A stretch of 32,000 nucleotides of DNA from Candidatus Kuenenia stuttgartensis (GCF_900232105.1 NZ_LT934425.1:3150001-3182000); one strand, 5' to 3'; shown: positions 17,215-26,875, counted from the first letter of the stretch. Notes: generated by a model from the sequence alone, not told the origin. Made by a program: numbers and translations.

Positions 17215-17291
17215 ACAAACAGACCGCCCCTAACAGGGCTACATGGTATTTTTTCTATCCCGGGAATTTTTCAAAAAACTAAAGTGTTACA
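17215..17291 (-). repeat. Dispersed repeat family B, inverted copy abutting the IS1634-like element
   Basis: Reverse complement begins tgtaacactttagttttttgaaaaatt...gtagccctgttaggggcggtctgtttgt, sharing the head and tail of the family B unit. Confidence 0.75.
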
Positions 17292-17293
17292 AT

Positions 17294-17746
17294 TTAATGG
17301 GAAGTATGCTGAAATAACTGTTCTTTTAATTCTGATGCATTCTTCAGGAGTTCCTCTTTGTGTTCTTCCACAGGTCTTTCTTCCACCGGTTCCAGTTTAT
17401 AAAGGAAATAATGTGCATCTTCAATTTTTATAGGGAGAATGAGTTCTGCGAAAAAATCCAGAGGTACATATTGATAATAGGGTGTTTTGATTTTTTCATA
17501 GACAGTGAGCCGTTTTGCCAGCAACCTGCCGTCTATGTCTGTTTTTTCCAGGGAAAATTTTCTGGTTCCGTAATAGGTGAATTTTGTGGTCACCGGAGTT
17601 TGCCCGATAGGTTCGTCGTCCAGATAAACCGTTGCTCCGGGAGGTTCTGAATCAATGGTGATCGTACGAAGTACACAGCCGCACAAAATTGAGCTGGCGG
17701 CTATGCAGGGCGCAATTGATTGAAAGATTATTTTGAAAAATTTCAT
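17294..17746 (-). CDS. PEGA-domain lipoprotein
   Basis: 150 aa. Signal peptide ending SSILCGC; ITIDSEPPGATVYLDDEPIGQTPVTTKFTYYGTRKFSL is a PEGA repeat. Confidence 0.85.
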   Translation of the reverse strand: MKFFKIIFQSIAPCIAASSILCGCVLRTITIDSEPPGATVYLDDEPIGQTPVTTKFTYYGTRKFSLEKTDIDGRLLAKRLTVYEKIKTPYYQYVPLDFFAELILPIKIEDAHYFLYKLEPVEERPVEEHKEELLKNASELKEQLFQHTSH

Positions 17747-17762
17747 ATATTTTAAGTGGTTG

Positions 17763-18248
17763 TTAAGATGCCGGTGAAAGATCGACTATCTCCGCATGGA
17801 ATGTTTTAAGATTTAATAAAGCTACGGTACTTTTGCCGCTGACCCAGCCACAGCATTCTCCAGGGTTTATGTATAATGGTTTCCCTCTGGAAATTTCCGG
17901 CGTATGCGTATGGGCGCTTATAATGATGTCAATATTTTCAATATTCACACTGCCGGTTAACATTTCAGGCATATGTGACACAAGGATTGTTTTTCCGTCT
18001 ATGGTAATAGTATATGGCGGAATGTGGATATCGTTGCAGACGCCAAGCAAGCCCTTTTGTTCGCCATCATTATTGCCAAACACCCCAATAAACCGGGCTT
18101 TCACATGCATCAATTCTTTCAGGGAAAATGGGGCGACAAAATCGCCTGCATGAATGATATATTCTAAATCCTGTGTATTAAAAAAACGAACAGCTTTTTT
18201 GATTGCTGGAATATTATCATGCGTATCTGCAATAATTCCGATTTTCAT
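17763..18248 (-). CDS. YfcE/MJ0936-family metallophosphoesterase
   Basis: MKIGIIADTHDN, IIHAGDFVAPF, GVFGNNDGE, LVSHMPE, ISAHTHTP, LYINPGECCGW. Confidence 0.9.
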   Translation of the reverse strand: MKIGIIADTHDNIPAIKKAVRFFNTQDLEYIIHAGDFVAPFSLKELMHVKARFIGVFGNNDGEQKGLLGVCNDIHIPPYTITIDGKTILVSHMPEMLTGSVNIENIDIIISAHTHTPEISRGKPLYINPGECCGWVSGKSTVALLNLKTFHAEIVDLSPAS

Positions 18249-18509
18249 ACAGATAAGGAGGGAATGTTCATTCTGAAGAAACGCAGCATAATGGTGTTTT
18301 TCTTAATGCCAGGGTTTCTGAGGAATGTTTTTCTTTTTAGAAAAATGCCGTAACCAAAAAGGCTTTAACTGCAAAGTACACAAAGAAAATCTTACAAATA
18401 AAAAAGGGTTTTGCCTGGCAATACTACCTGTTGCGCCAAAGAACAGGGCAATCGCCTGCTAACAAGCCACACGTAAGGTAATACAGGAATTAACAGGGCA
18501 TATAGTATA

Positions 18510-18602
18510 TGGCGGAGAGGCCGGGATTCGAACCCGGGGTAGGGCTTTAGACCCTACAACGGTTTAGCAAACCGTCGCTTTCAGCCGCTCAGCCACCTCT
18601 CC
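18510..18602 (-). tRNA. tRNA-Ser(GCT), CCA encoded
   Basis: Minus strand: ggagaggtggctgagcggctgaaagcgacggtttgctaaaccg...gggttcgaatcccggcctctccgcca; 7-bp acceptor stem, long variable arm, anticodon GCT. Confidence 0.95.
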
Positions 18603-18726
18603 GGTAATAGTTTTATGTATTGGAATTATTTAATAAAATAATAAACCGCTGGTTTCTTACTTGTTATCAGGAATAACGCCAGCGGTTGATATAAAAACTT
18701 CCATCAGTAAAGTTAAAACTGAAAAA

Positions 18727-18816
18727 TGGCGGAGGGAGTAGGATTCGAACCCACGGAAGGCTTACACCTCCTGCAGTTTTCAAGACTGCCGCCATAGTCC
18801 ACTCGGCCATCCCTCC
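18727..18816 (-). tRNA. tRNA-Ser(TGA), CCA encoded
   Basis: Minus strand: ggagggatggccgagtggactatggcggcagtcttgaaaactgcaggaggtgtaagccttccgtgggttcgaatcctactccctccgcca; anticodon TGA. Confidence 0.95.
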
Positions 18817-18819
18817 GTT

Positions 18820-19242
18820 TTAAAAACAGTCTTCTGTTTTGCAGACTTCTTCCAATACCTTGCTTGCAACAAAGATAGGTGTATTTTTCTGCATAGCCAG
18901 CGCTACTGCATCGCTAGGCCTTGAATCAATTTCAATGATATTTCCGTCTTGTCGCAATACAATTTTTGCATAAAAAGTATTATTTCTCAGATCGCTGATG
19001 ACCACCCGCTCTACGTCTGCATTAAGACTTTCTATAATTCTTGTAATTAAATCATGCGTCAAAGGGCGTGGGGTACTGATTCCCTTTACTGCGCGGTCAA
19101 TTGCCCATGCTTCATTAAGGCCAATTATGATGGGAAAGCTTCTTTTCCCTTCCAGTTCTTTTAACACAATGACCTGATGATCACTTGTTTCAGTGATTAC
19201 AATTTTTGAAAGTGATACGGGAATCATTGGCCACATCCTCAA
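18820..19242 (-). CDS. Bifunctional nuclease (DUF151/BFN) family protein
   Basis: VIVLKELEGKRSFPIIIGLNEAWAI...RPLTHDLITRIIESLNADVERVVISDLRNNTFYAKIVL...IDSRPSDAVALAMQKNTPIFVASKVLEE. Confidence 0.93.
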   Translation of the reverse strand: MRMWPMIPVSLSKIVITETSDHQVIVLKELEGKRSFPIIIGLNEAWAIDRAVKGISTPRPLTHDLITRIIESLNADVERVVISDLRNNTFYAKIVLRQDGNIIEIDSRPSDAVALAMQKNTPIFVASKVLEEVCKTEDCF

Positions 19243-19624
19243 GATAAACTTCTGTTTAACCGTAAATTACTGCAATACGGCAAACCGCAATAGGCATTTC
19301 AAAAATTGTAGCACATCGACCCCTTTTGTCAAATAATTTTTAATTACAAGGAGTTTCAGGTAATAAAAGTGGGCAGGTAGGGTAAAATAAGCTGCAATCG
19401 GTAGTCGGCAAACTGCAGGCTGAGGATTGAGGATTGTATTTGGGCGTTAAATGAAACGTTATTGACAGCCTTCCGACTGGCTGATATACTGGCAAACCTT
19501 TATTGTATTACCCGGTAAAAGTTTTTTTATTTGTAAGTTTTTCTTTATATTCTTTGTGGTTAAACCTTTTTTAGTTGCGGCTTTGCTGCGATATGAATAA
19601 TGGATATTAAAAGCGAGAAATTGT

Positions 19625-20464
19625 ATGATTGAACATATTGTCCTTGGGATAATCCAGGGTTTAACGGAATTCCTGCCGGTAAGCAGCTCCGGTCATCTGG
19701 TTATCTTAAAAGATTATTTGCAGGTGAAAGAAACCAACGGCGTCCTTTTGGAGGTGGTGCTGCACCTGGGCACATTGCTTTCTATCTTTGCTGTTTTCTG
19801 GAAGGATATTCTGGAAATCTTTCGCGGGACAATTATTTCCACGCTAAAACTATGTTCCGGATGTCGTCCAAAGGAAATTTGGGCGGAGGACCAATACACA
19901 CGGTTATTTATGTTAATTCTTATTGGAACTATACCTACCGGGATCATTGCGCTGTTATTTGAAGATATGTTTGAGTCATTATTTAATGAACCACTTCTTG
20001 CTGCGGTTGCAATTCTTATCACAGGCCTCATTCTGTGGTTGACAAAATTCATTGGAGTAAAAAACCCTGGCGGAAAGCCGTTAAATGTGTTACGCGCTTT
20101 GGTTATAGGCGCTGTACAAGGGATTGCAATTATTCCGGGCATTTCCCGTTCCGGCCTGACAATCTCGGCGGCTTCCTACATGGGAGTTAGCCGTGAATCA
20201 GCGGTTCGGTACTCATTTCTTCTCAGTATACCTGCGATTGTTGGCGCGGTGATTCTTCAGGCACGAAAGATAGATGTTATGCATGATAAAAACCTTATCC
20301 CTCTGGCTGCCGGCGCCGGCGCGGCCTTTATCGTAGGATATCTTGCCTTGCAATTCCTTATAAAAATTGTACAAAGAGGCAGATTGTATATGTTTGCATA
20401 TTATTGCTGGGGTTTTGGGTTTGCAGCGACAATCTCTTTTTTCCTGAAATCTTTTTATCAATGA
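19625..20464 (+). CDS. uppP: Undecaprenyl-diphosphatase UppP/BacA
   Basis: IIQGLTEFLPVSSSGHLVILK; GAVQGIAIIPGISRSGLTISAASYMG. Confidence 0.97.
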   Translation: MIEHIVLGIIQGLTEFLPVSSSGHLVILKDYLQVKETNGVLLEVVLHLGTLLSIFAVFWKDILEIFRGTIISTLKLCSGCRPKEIWAEDQYTRLFMLILIGTIPTGIIALLFEDMFESLFNEPLLAAVAILITGLILWLTKFIGVKNPGGKPLNVLRALVIGAVQGIAIIPGISRSGLTISAASYMGVSRESAVRYSFLLSIPAIVGAVILQARKIDVMHDKNLIPLAAGAGAAFIVGYLALQFLIKIVQRGRLYMFAYYCWGFGFAATISFFLKSFYQ

Positions 20465-21171
20465 AGAGTTTGTATTTTTCCCGTTCGAAACGTCTTGCAA
20501 ATAGTTTTGTATTTATCTTGCCCTTACTTATTCTCTATGAAGCGGGGATTGCATTTTACGGCTCAGCATTAAAAAACACCGCAGATACCATCACAAAAAC
20601 ACCATTAACACTATTCGGCAAAAGCGGGTCGCTGGTATTCAATCTACTGGTAATAGTGTTTCTTCTGGTAGCGGTATTTTATATTGAAAAAGAACATAAT
20701 CTTAATGTATTTCTGTACTTCCCGATGTTCATTGAAAGTGTTGTTTATGCCCTGTTTATTGGTTATGTGGCTGGTTTTGTAGTATATAAGGTGTTATTTC
20801 CGTATTTGCTTGCTATGCCCTTTCATTGGGAGACAGGAGGAGGAATACTCCTTTCAGTAGGCGCCGGCGTTTATGAAGAAATAGTTTTCAGACTGTTGCT
20901 TGTTTCTGCTTTCTATTTATTCATAACAAAAGTACTAAAGGCAAGCAAACCGCTTAGCGCCGTAGTGAGTATTATTTTCAGCGCGCTGATATTTACGATT
21001 ATGCATTATATCGGAGGTTTGAGCGGCGCGTTTACCTATACAAGTTTCATGTTTAGAATGCTATCCGGTATAATATTGGCATGTATTTTTATGTTTAGAG
21101 GGCTTGGTATTGCCGTTTATACTCACGCAATATATAATGTACTTGCGGTGTTAAAATTGTTTCAGGGATAA
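20461..21171 (+). CDS. CPBP-family intramembrane (CAAX-like) protease
   Basis: Start at MKSLYFSRSKR (4-nt ATGA overlap with uppP); GAGVYEEIVFRLLLVSAFY...SALIFTIMHYIGGLSGAFTYTSFMFRMLSGIILACIFMFRGLGIAVYTHAIYNV shows the EExxxR, FxxxH and HxxxN-type motifs. Confidence 0.92.
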   Translation: MKSLYFSRSKRLANSFVFILPLLILYEAGIAFYGSALKNTADTITKTPLTLFGKSGSLVFNLLVIVFLLVAVFYIEKEHNLNVFLYFPMFIESVVYALFIGYVAGFVVYKVLFPYLLAMPFHWETGGGILLSVGAGVYEEIVFRLLLVSAFYLFITKVLKASKPLSAVVSIIFSALIFTIMHYIGGLSGAFTYTSFMFRMLSGIILACIFMFRGLGIAVYTHAIYNVLAVLKLFQG

Positions 21172-21175
21172 GGAA

Positions 21176-21787
21176 TTGTGTGTGGAAAATATTGTCGTTG
21201 GAATTACTGGCGCAAGTGGTGTTGTGTATGCACAACGGCTTTTGCAGGTGTTAAGTAAAAATGATATTTCACTCCATATATCAATTTCCGACGCCGCATT
21301 TAAGGTGATACACCATGAATTGGGCATTGATTTGCCTTGTGAAAAACCAAATTATGATGCGTTATTAGGGCGCTCCGCGAATAATATAACGTATTACAAT
21401 AACTCGAATATCAGCGCAACGATTGCCGGCAGTCAATTTCCTGTAAAAGCAATGGTTATTGTTCCGTGCAGTATGAATACACTATGTTCTATCGCATGTG
21501 GGATTGCGAGCAACCTCATTCAGCGTGTTGCAAACGTAACGATAAAAGAACGAAGAAAGCTGATAATGGTACCCCGTGAAACGCCTTTATCGTCGATTCA
21601 TTTGGAGTCGATGCTGAAACTGTCTTCAGCAGGAACGTGTATTTTGCCGGCAATGCCGGGTTTCTATCACAATCCGGGGACAATAGCCGATCAGGTGGAT
21701 TTTGTAGTTGCAAAAATACTGGATATGCTGGAGATAAAACATTCGCTCATACCAATATGGCAAGGCGAAAATGATGATACGAAATGA
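21176..21787 (+). CDS. ubiX: Flavin prenyltransferase UbiX
   Basis: VVGITGASGVVYAQRLLQVL, MVIVPCSMNTLCSIACGIASNLIQRVANVTIKERRKLIMVPRETPLSSIHLE. Confidence 0.95.
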   Translation: MCVENIVVGITGASGVVYAQRLLQVLSKNDISLHISISDAAFKVIHHELGIDLPCEKPNYDALLGRSANNITYYNNSNISATIAGSQFPVKAMVIVPCSMNTLCSIACGIASNLIQRVANVTIKERRKLIMVPRETPLSSIHLESMLKLSSAGTCILPAMPGFYHNPGTIADQVDFVVAKILDMLEIKHSLIPIWQGENDDTK

Positions 21788-21824
21788 AACAGGTAATTTT
21801 GGTAGTTTTTTTGATATCTGATGT

Positions 21825-22115
21825 ATGAATATTAGTAAATTTCAGAAGCTTATTGAAGAAATGTATCTGGAGAAAGATTCGAAGCGGGGTTTGGCAAAGA
21901 CCTTTATGTGGTTTACCGAAGAGGTTGGAGAGCTTTCGCGTGCGTTGAGAGATAACAATAAAGAAGAATTGGAAAAGGAGTTTGCCGATGTGCTTGCATG
22001 GCTTTTTTCCCTGGCAAGCATATCAGGAGTTAAAATGGAAGAGGCAATTGCTAAATATACTACCGGTTGCCCTGTGTGTGGAAAAATTCCCTGTATGTGT
22101 GAAGAAATAAGGTAG
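21825..22115 (+). CDS. MazG-like nucleotide pyrophosphohydrolase with C-terminal CxxC...CxC tail
   Basis: WFTEEVGELSRALRDNNKEELEKEFADVLAWLFSLASISGVKMEEAIAKY; terminal CPVCGKIPCMC. Confidence 0.87.
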   Translation: MNISKFQKLIEEMYLEKDSKRGLAKTFMWFTEEVGELSRALRDNNKEELEKEFADVLAWLFSLASISGVKMEEAIAKYTTGCPVCGKIPCMCEEIR

Positions 22116-22121
22116 GGTTAA

Positions 22122-23210
22122 ATGTCAGAAATAAATAATACCGTTTTGCCAAATGGAATAACCGGACCGTTTGTCTATATTAAAAATAAAAGGGGCGCCG
22201 GTTTTTGGGTAGCCACCGGCCTTGCGACATTCTTCTTTTTATGTACTCTTTTTTCGTTTCTGCTGTTGATTGGGTCGCTTATGATGGGCAAATCGATTAT
22301 TGCAGGCGGTGCTATGGACAAAAAATATGTCACAGAAGAGATAGTTGAAGGAAGTGGTGAGAATAAGATTGCTGTTATTTCTGTGAAGGGGATTTTGACA
22401 AATGAGACTACTGGAAATCTTTTTATAGAAAAACCGAGTATTGTTGAAATCGTAAAGGAACAACTGGAACATGCGGCAAACGATGTTCAGGTCAAAGCGG
22501 TTTTGCTTGAAATAGAAAGCCCGGGCGGGGGCATCACGGCAAGTGATATTATGTATCATCAAATTATAAAGTTTAAGAAGAATACGCAGAAAAAAATAGT
22601 GGTATATATGGAAGATATTGCCGCTTCGGGGGGATATTATATTGCCTCTGCGGCAGATTTTATCGTTGCTCACCCTACGACCATTACAGGAAGCATTGGC
22701 GTAATTATGCCGTTAATAAATATTTCGGAATTTATTAACCGTCATGGTGTTGTCGATAATTCAATTGCATCAGGGGATATGAAGGAAATCGGGTCTCCTC
22801 TGAAACAGATGACGGAGGAAGAAACCGAAATACTCCAAAATATTATCAACGAAATGTACATGCAGTTTGTTGAAGTTGTTTCCATCGGGAGAAATCTGGA
22901 CGTAGAGGAGGTAAAAAAGATTGCCGACGGCAGAATTTATACAGGGAAACAGGCCCTTGAAGCCGGTTTGGTTGACAAGATCGGTTATTTGGAAGATGCG
23001 ATTGGTATGGCAAAAAAGGCATCAGGTATTGATGAAGCAACCATAGTAAGATACAAAAGACTATATGGGTTTGCAGAATTGTTTGGCCTGCTATGCACGA
23101 AACTTTCACAAAAAAACACAATTACATTAGATATTTCCCGCTTTCCGGAGCAGAGCCAGAGCATCACAAAACCAATGTACCTCTGGAATGGTAGTTCGAG
23201 GGGTAATTGA
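22122..23210 (+). CDS. sppA: Signal peptide peptidase SppA
   Basis: AVLLEIESPGGGITASDIMYHQI, VVYMEDIAASGGYYIASAADFIVAHPTTITGSIGVIM. Confidence 0.95.
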   Translation: MSEINNTVLPNGITGPFVYIKNKRGAGFWVATGLATFFFLCTLFSFLLLIGSLMMGKSIIAGGAMDKKYVTEEIVEGSGENKIAVISVKGILTNETTGNLFIEKPSIVEIVKEQLEHAANDVQVKAVLLEIESPGGGITASDIMYHQIIKFKKNTQKKIVVYMEDIAASGGYYIASAADFIVAHPTTITGSIGVIMPLINISEFINRHGVVDNSIASGDMKEIGSPLKQMTEEETEILQNIINEMYMQFVEVVSIGRNLDVEEVKKIADGRIYTGKQALEAGLVDKIGYLEDAIGMAKKASGIDEATIVRYKRLYGFAELFGLLCTKLSQKNTITLDISRFPEQSQSITKPMYLWNGSSRGN

Positions 23211-23271
23211 TTTTCAAACAACACAAAGCCCCTTATACTCAGGAAGCTCCTGGCAAGGCCTTTGGCCGCAA

Positions 23272-23340
23272 CCAAATATCGAAATACGAATCAAATTCAA
23301 AATGTTTTGAGCATTCAAACTCACGGCGGGTTAAGGTTAC
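23272..23340. repeat. Possible diverged family A repeat fragment
   Basis: accaaatatcgaaatacgaatcaaattcaaaatgttttgagcattcaaac resembles the family A tail gaaatccgaaacaaattcgaatcacaaag. Confidence 0.45.
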
Positions 23341-23411
23341 AAACCTGAACCGGCACCGGATTTTCAAAAAACTAAAATATTACCTTTTATGAAAACTGAG
23401 AAAAATAAATC

Positions 23412-24890
23412 ATGACGCTAAAATTTTACAATTCAATTACAAAGAAAAAGGAAGTATTCAAACCATTGGTTGAGGGGCACGTCAATATGTATGTTTGCGG
23501 TCCTACGGTTTATGATCATCCTCATATTGGACACGCAAAGAGTTACGTGAGCTATGACGTCATAGTCAGGTATCTGAGATATCTTGGATATAAGGTGTGC
23601 TACGTGCAAAATATAACGGATGTGGGACACCTTACCGACAACGCAGACGCCGGTGACGACAAAATCCTGGCGCGCGCTCAAAGGGAACGTATAGAGCCTG
23701 CAGTGCTTGTGGAAATATATACGCGCAGTTATTTTGAAGATATGGATGCGCTGAACAATCTAAGGCCGGATATTTCTCCAAGGGCTACAGCGCATATACC
23801 CGAACAAATAGAACTTATAGAAAAGTTGATCAGTAAGGGGTATGCGTATGTGTCCAATGGTTCCGTTTATTTTGAAGTAAGCAAATACAGGGAATACGGA
23901 AAACTCTCGGGACGAAAGCAGGAAGATCTGGAGGCGGGCGCAAGGATAGAAATTAACCTGGAGAAAAGGAATCCCAATGATTTTGCGCTTTGGAAAAAGG
24001 CGGAGCCTGCGCATATTATGAGATGGAAAAGCCCGTGGGGAGAAGGATTCCCAGGATGGCATCTTGAATGTTCCGCAATGTCAATGAAATATCTTGGCGA
24101 ATCGTTAGACATTCATGGCGGAGGCATTGAGAATATGTTCCCTCATCATGAATGCGAAATCGCGCAGAGCGAGGCGGCAAACGATATGACCTTTGTTCGT
24201 TATTGGATTCATAATAATATGGTTACCGTAAACGGGCAAAAAATGGGAAAATCCTTGGGAAATTTTGTAACCCTCAAGGATGCGTTTAAAAAATACCATC
24301 CGTTAACGATACGATTCTTTATTCTCTCAACCCACTACCGCAGTCCGCTCGATTTTAGCAATGAGGCGCTGGACGCTGCGGATAAAGGTTTGAAACGTTT
24401 GTTTAATACGATAAAGAGGGTGCGGCGGCAAATAGATGAAGCTGCGAATGGAGAAACGACTGTTCTTGTTTATGAAAAACTGGAAGAGCATAAAAAGGCT
24501 TTTCTTAACGCCATGGATGAGGATATTAATACATCAGGCGCTATTGCAGCCCTTTTTGATTTGTCTAAAGAGGTGAATGCATTACTGGATTCCGGCGAAG
24601 AAGTGAGTAAAAAATGCATGGAAGATATAAATTCACTCTATCAGGAACTTGGGGATGGCATACTCGGCATTGTTCCTGTGCGCAAAGAAGTGAAGGCTGA
24701 TATTGAGGATGATTTCAGTGAAGGCGATAAAAGCGTACTGAAAGAAGTAATGGGAGTTCTTATCGATACCCGAAACCAACTCCGGAAGGAGAAACTATTT
24801 CAATTGTCAGATTTTATCAGAAACAAACTCACGGAAATAGGAATAACACTTGAAGATACACAGGACGTCACTCTGTGGAAAAAAAGATGA
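23412..24890 (+). CDS. cysS: Cysteinyl-tRNA synthetase
   Basis: VCGPTVYDHPHIGHAKSYVSYDVIVRYL, WHLECSAMSMKYLG, HHECEIAQSEA, KMGKSLGNFVTLKDA. Confidence 0.98.
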   Translation: MTLKFYNSITKKKEVFKPLVEGHVNMYVCGPTVYDHPHIGHAKSYVSYDVIVRYLRYLGYKVCYVQNITDVGHLTDNADAGDDKILARAQRERIEPAVLVEIYTRSYFEDMDALNNLRPDISPRATAHIPEQIELIEKLISKGYAYVSNGSVYFEVSKYREYGKLSGRKQEDLEAGARIEINLEKRNPNDFALWKKAEPAHIMRWKSPWGEGFPGWHLECSAMSMKYLGESLDIHGGGIENMFPHHECEIAQSEAANDMTFVRYWIHNNMVTVNGQKMGKSLGNFVTLKDAFKKYHPLTIRFFILSTHYRSPLDFSNEALDAADKGLKRLFNTIKRVRRQIDEAANGETTVLVYEKLEEHKKAFLNAMDEDINTSGAIAALFDLSKEVNALLDSGEEVSKKCMEDINSLYQELGDGILGIVPVRKEVKADIEDDFSEGDKSVLKEVMGVLIDTRNQLRKEKLFQLSDFIRNKLTEIGITLEDTQDVTLWKKR

Positions 24891-24894
24891 AAAA

Positions 24895-26508
24895 ATGAAA
24901 TTTCAATGGAGCGATGATTTATCTGCTGGCGTTCTCAAAAGACAGATAATGAAACTTGTTGACATTGGACGGGCGCTCTCCGGAGAGAGGAATCTGGATA
25001 AACTGCTTGAGATGATTGTTGATGAAGCCTGCAGATTTACGAATGCCGATGCAGGCACTCTTTATACTAAGGAAGGTGAATATCTGAAATTTAAGATACT
25101 GCAAAATGTTTCTATGAATATCAGGATGGGGGGATGCTCAGGCAAAGAAATAACATTTCCTCCGGTTGAATTGAAGGAGTCTAATGTTTCAGCTTATGCA
25201 GCAATTAAAGATGTTAGTGTTAATATTCCTGATGTTTATGACTCTGAATTATTTGACTTTACCGGGCCTAAAAAATTTGACGCCACTACCAAGTATCGGA
25301 CAAAATCCATGCTTGTCGTCCCCATGAAGAATCATGAGAATGACGTTATTGGCGTTCTTCAGCTTATTAACGCGCAGGAGAGGCGAACGGGAGAAGTGAT
25401 TCCTTTTTCCGCTGATTTTGAAAATCTTGTACATTCGCTTGCCTCACAGGCTGCAGTTGCATTTACGAATGCAAAGTTGATTAAAGATATGGAAGAATTG
25501 TTTAGCGCGTTTGTAAAAGTAATGGCTACTGCGATTGACGAAAAATCACCCGTTACCGGCGGACATATCCAGCGTGTTGCTGAGTTAACCATGATGATGG
25601 CGAAAGCAATGAACGCACAAAAAGAAGGACCTTTTGCGCATGTTTATTTTAATGAAGATCAGATGTGCGAATTGCGAACTGCCGCCTGGATGCATGATAT
25701 TGGAAAAGTCACTACTCCGGTAAATGTCGTTGAAAAAGGAAACAAACTTGAGGCGATTTTTGACCGGATTCATTATGTGGAATTGCGTTTTGATTATTTA
25801 ATCCAACAGACAGAAAAAGTGTATTTTCAGAAAAAGGCAGAGCTGCTGGAAAAGCACGCTGAAAAAAATGAGATTGAGAATTTGGATGAAGAAATGCTCA
25901 AAGAGGTCTGCACATTGAAGGAAATGAAAGAATTTGTGCTCCAATGTAACAGGCCGGGAGAGTTTCTGGAAAATGAAAAAACAGAACGATTGAAAAACAT
26001 AAGCCAATTAACCTACATAGACGCAAACGGGCATGAGCAAAATTATTTGAGTGAAGATGAATTGAAAAACCTTTCCATCCGTAAAGGAAGTATAACGGAA
26101 GAGGAACGGAAAATTATGCAGAATCACGCGGCTATGACGTTGAAGATGCTTAAGCAGATCCCTTTTACAAAAAAACTTAAGAACGTGCCCTGCTTTGCCG
26201 GGACGCACCATGAGTATATTAATGGGAAAGGATACCCACTTGGGATGAAAGGTGATAATATACCGATTGAAGGCCGCCTTATTGCCGTTGCAGATATTAC
26301 AGAAGCCCTTACGGCAGCTGACCGTTCATACAAAAAAGCCATGCCACTGGAAAAGGTATATGAAATACTGGCGTCTATGGCAAAAAATGAAGAGCTGGAC
26401 AAAAATCTGGTGGAGTTTCTGATAAAAGAGAAAATTTACGAACGTTATTTGGAAGAAAAGAAGAAAAAAGAGAAAAAAGAAAATGACGTGCCGCCCGGTG
26501 GGGTTTAA
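24895..26508 (+). CDS. GAF domain plus HD-GYP-domain phosphohydrolase, with an extended insertion between the HD and GYP motifs
   Basis: DEACRFTNADAGTLYTKEGEYLKFKILQN (GAF); SPVTGGHIQRVAELTMMMAKAM, TAAWMHDIGKVTTP, HHEYINGKGYPLGMKGDNIPIEGRLIAVADITEALTAADR (HD-GYP). Confidence 0.93.
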   Translation: MKFQWSDDLSAGVLKRQIMKLVDIGRALSGERNLDKLLEMIVDEACRFTNADAGTLYTKEGEYLKFKILQNVSMNIRMGGCSGKEITFPPVELKESNVSAYAAIKDVSVNIPDVYDSELFDFTGPKKFDATTKYRTKSMLVVPMKNHENDVIGVLQLINAQERRTGEVIPFSADFENLVHSLASQAAVAFTNAKLIKDMEELFSAFVKVMATAIDEKSPVTGGHIQRVAELTMMMAKAMNAQKEGPFAHVYFNEDQMCELRTAAWMHDIGKVTTPVNVVEKGNKLEAIFDRIHYVELRFDYLIQQTEKVYFQKKAELLEKHAEKNEIENLDEEMLKEVCTLKEMKEFVLQCNRPGEFLENEKTERLKNISQLTYIDANGHEQNYLSEDELKNLSIRKGSITEEERKIMQNHAAMTLKMLKQIPFTKKLKNVPCFAGTHHEYINGKGYPLGMKGDNIPIEGRLIAVADITEALTAADRSYKKAMPLEKVYEILASMAKNEELDKNLVEFLIKEKIYERYLEEKKKKEKKENDVPPGGV

Positions 26509-26620
26509 ATCGTAATGCGTAAGACGCATCCCCCTTGCCCCCAGTGGGAGGGAGATTATCGTAAATCGTAGATCGTAAATTCCCCTGAAGCCGTTTTTTT
26601 GGGGAGGCATTAGTGAATGT

Positions 26621-26875
26621 ATGGCAAAATTAAAATTGGATTTACACGATATTTGTAAAAATGGTTCTTTGATTGAAAAAGAATTGAACCGGGCAATAAA
26701 TGAAGCGGTTGAGAAAAGGATTGCGCTTGTGGAAATTATTCCAGGAAAAGGAAGCGGGCAGTTGAAGAAGGCCGTCCTGAGATTCCTCAACCGTCCTGAA
26801 GTAAAAAAATTGTATCATCGAATTGACAAAGACCGTGATAATTTTGGAAGGCTTTTTGTACGGTTTAAACATTGA
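26621..26875 (+). CDS. Small Smr-domain protein
   Basis: KLDLHD...ALVEIIPGKGSGQLKKAVLRFLNRPEVKKLYHRID resembles the Smr DLHG and HGKG-type motifs. Confidence 0.75.
   Translation: MAKLKLDLHDICKNGSLIEKELNRAINEAVEKRIALVEIIPGKGSGQLKKAVLRFLNRPEVKKLYHRIDKDRDNFGRLFVRFKH

Noticed and set aside
26326-26790. 154-aa minus-strand ORF near the Smr gene
   Set aside because: Overlaps the HD-GYP C-terminus and the Smr-domain ORF in antisense; Phe-rich with no domain.
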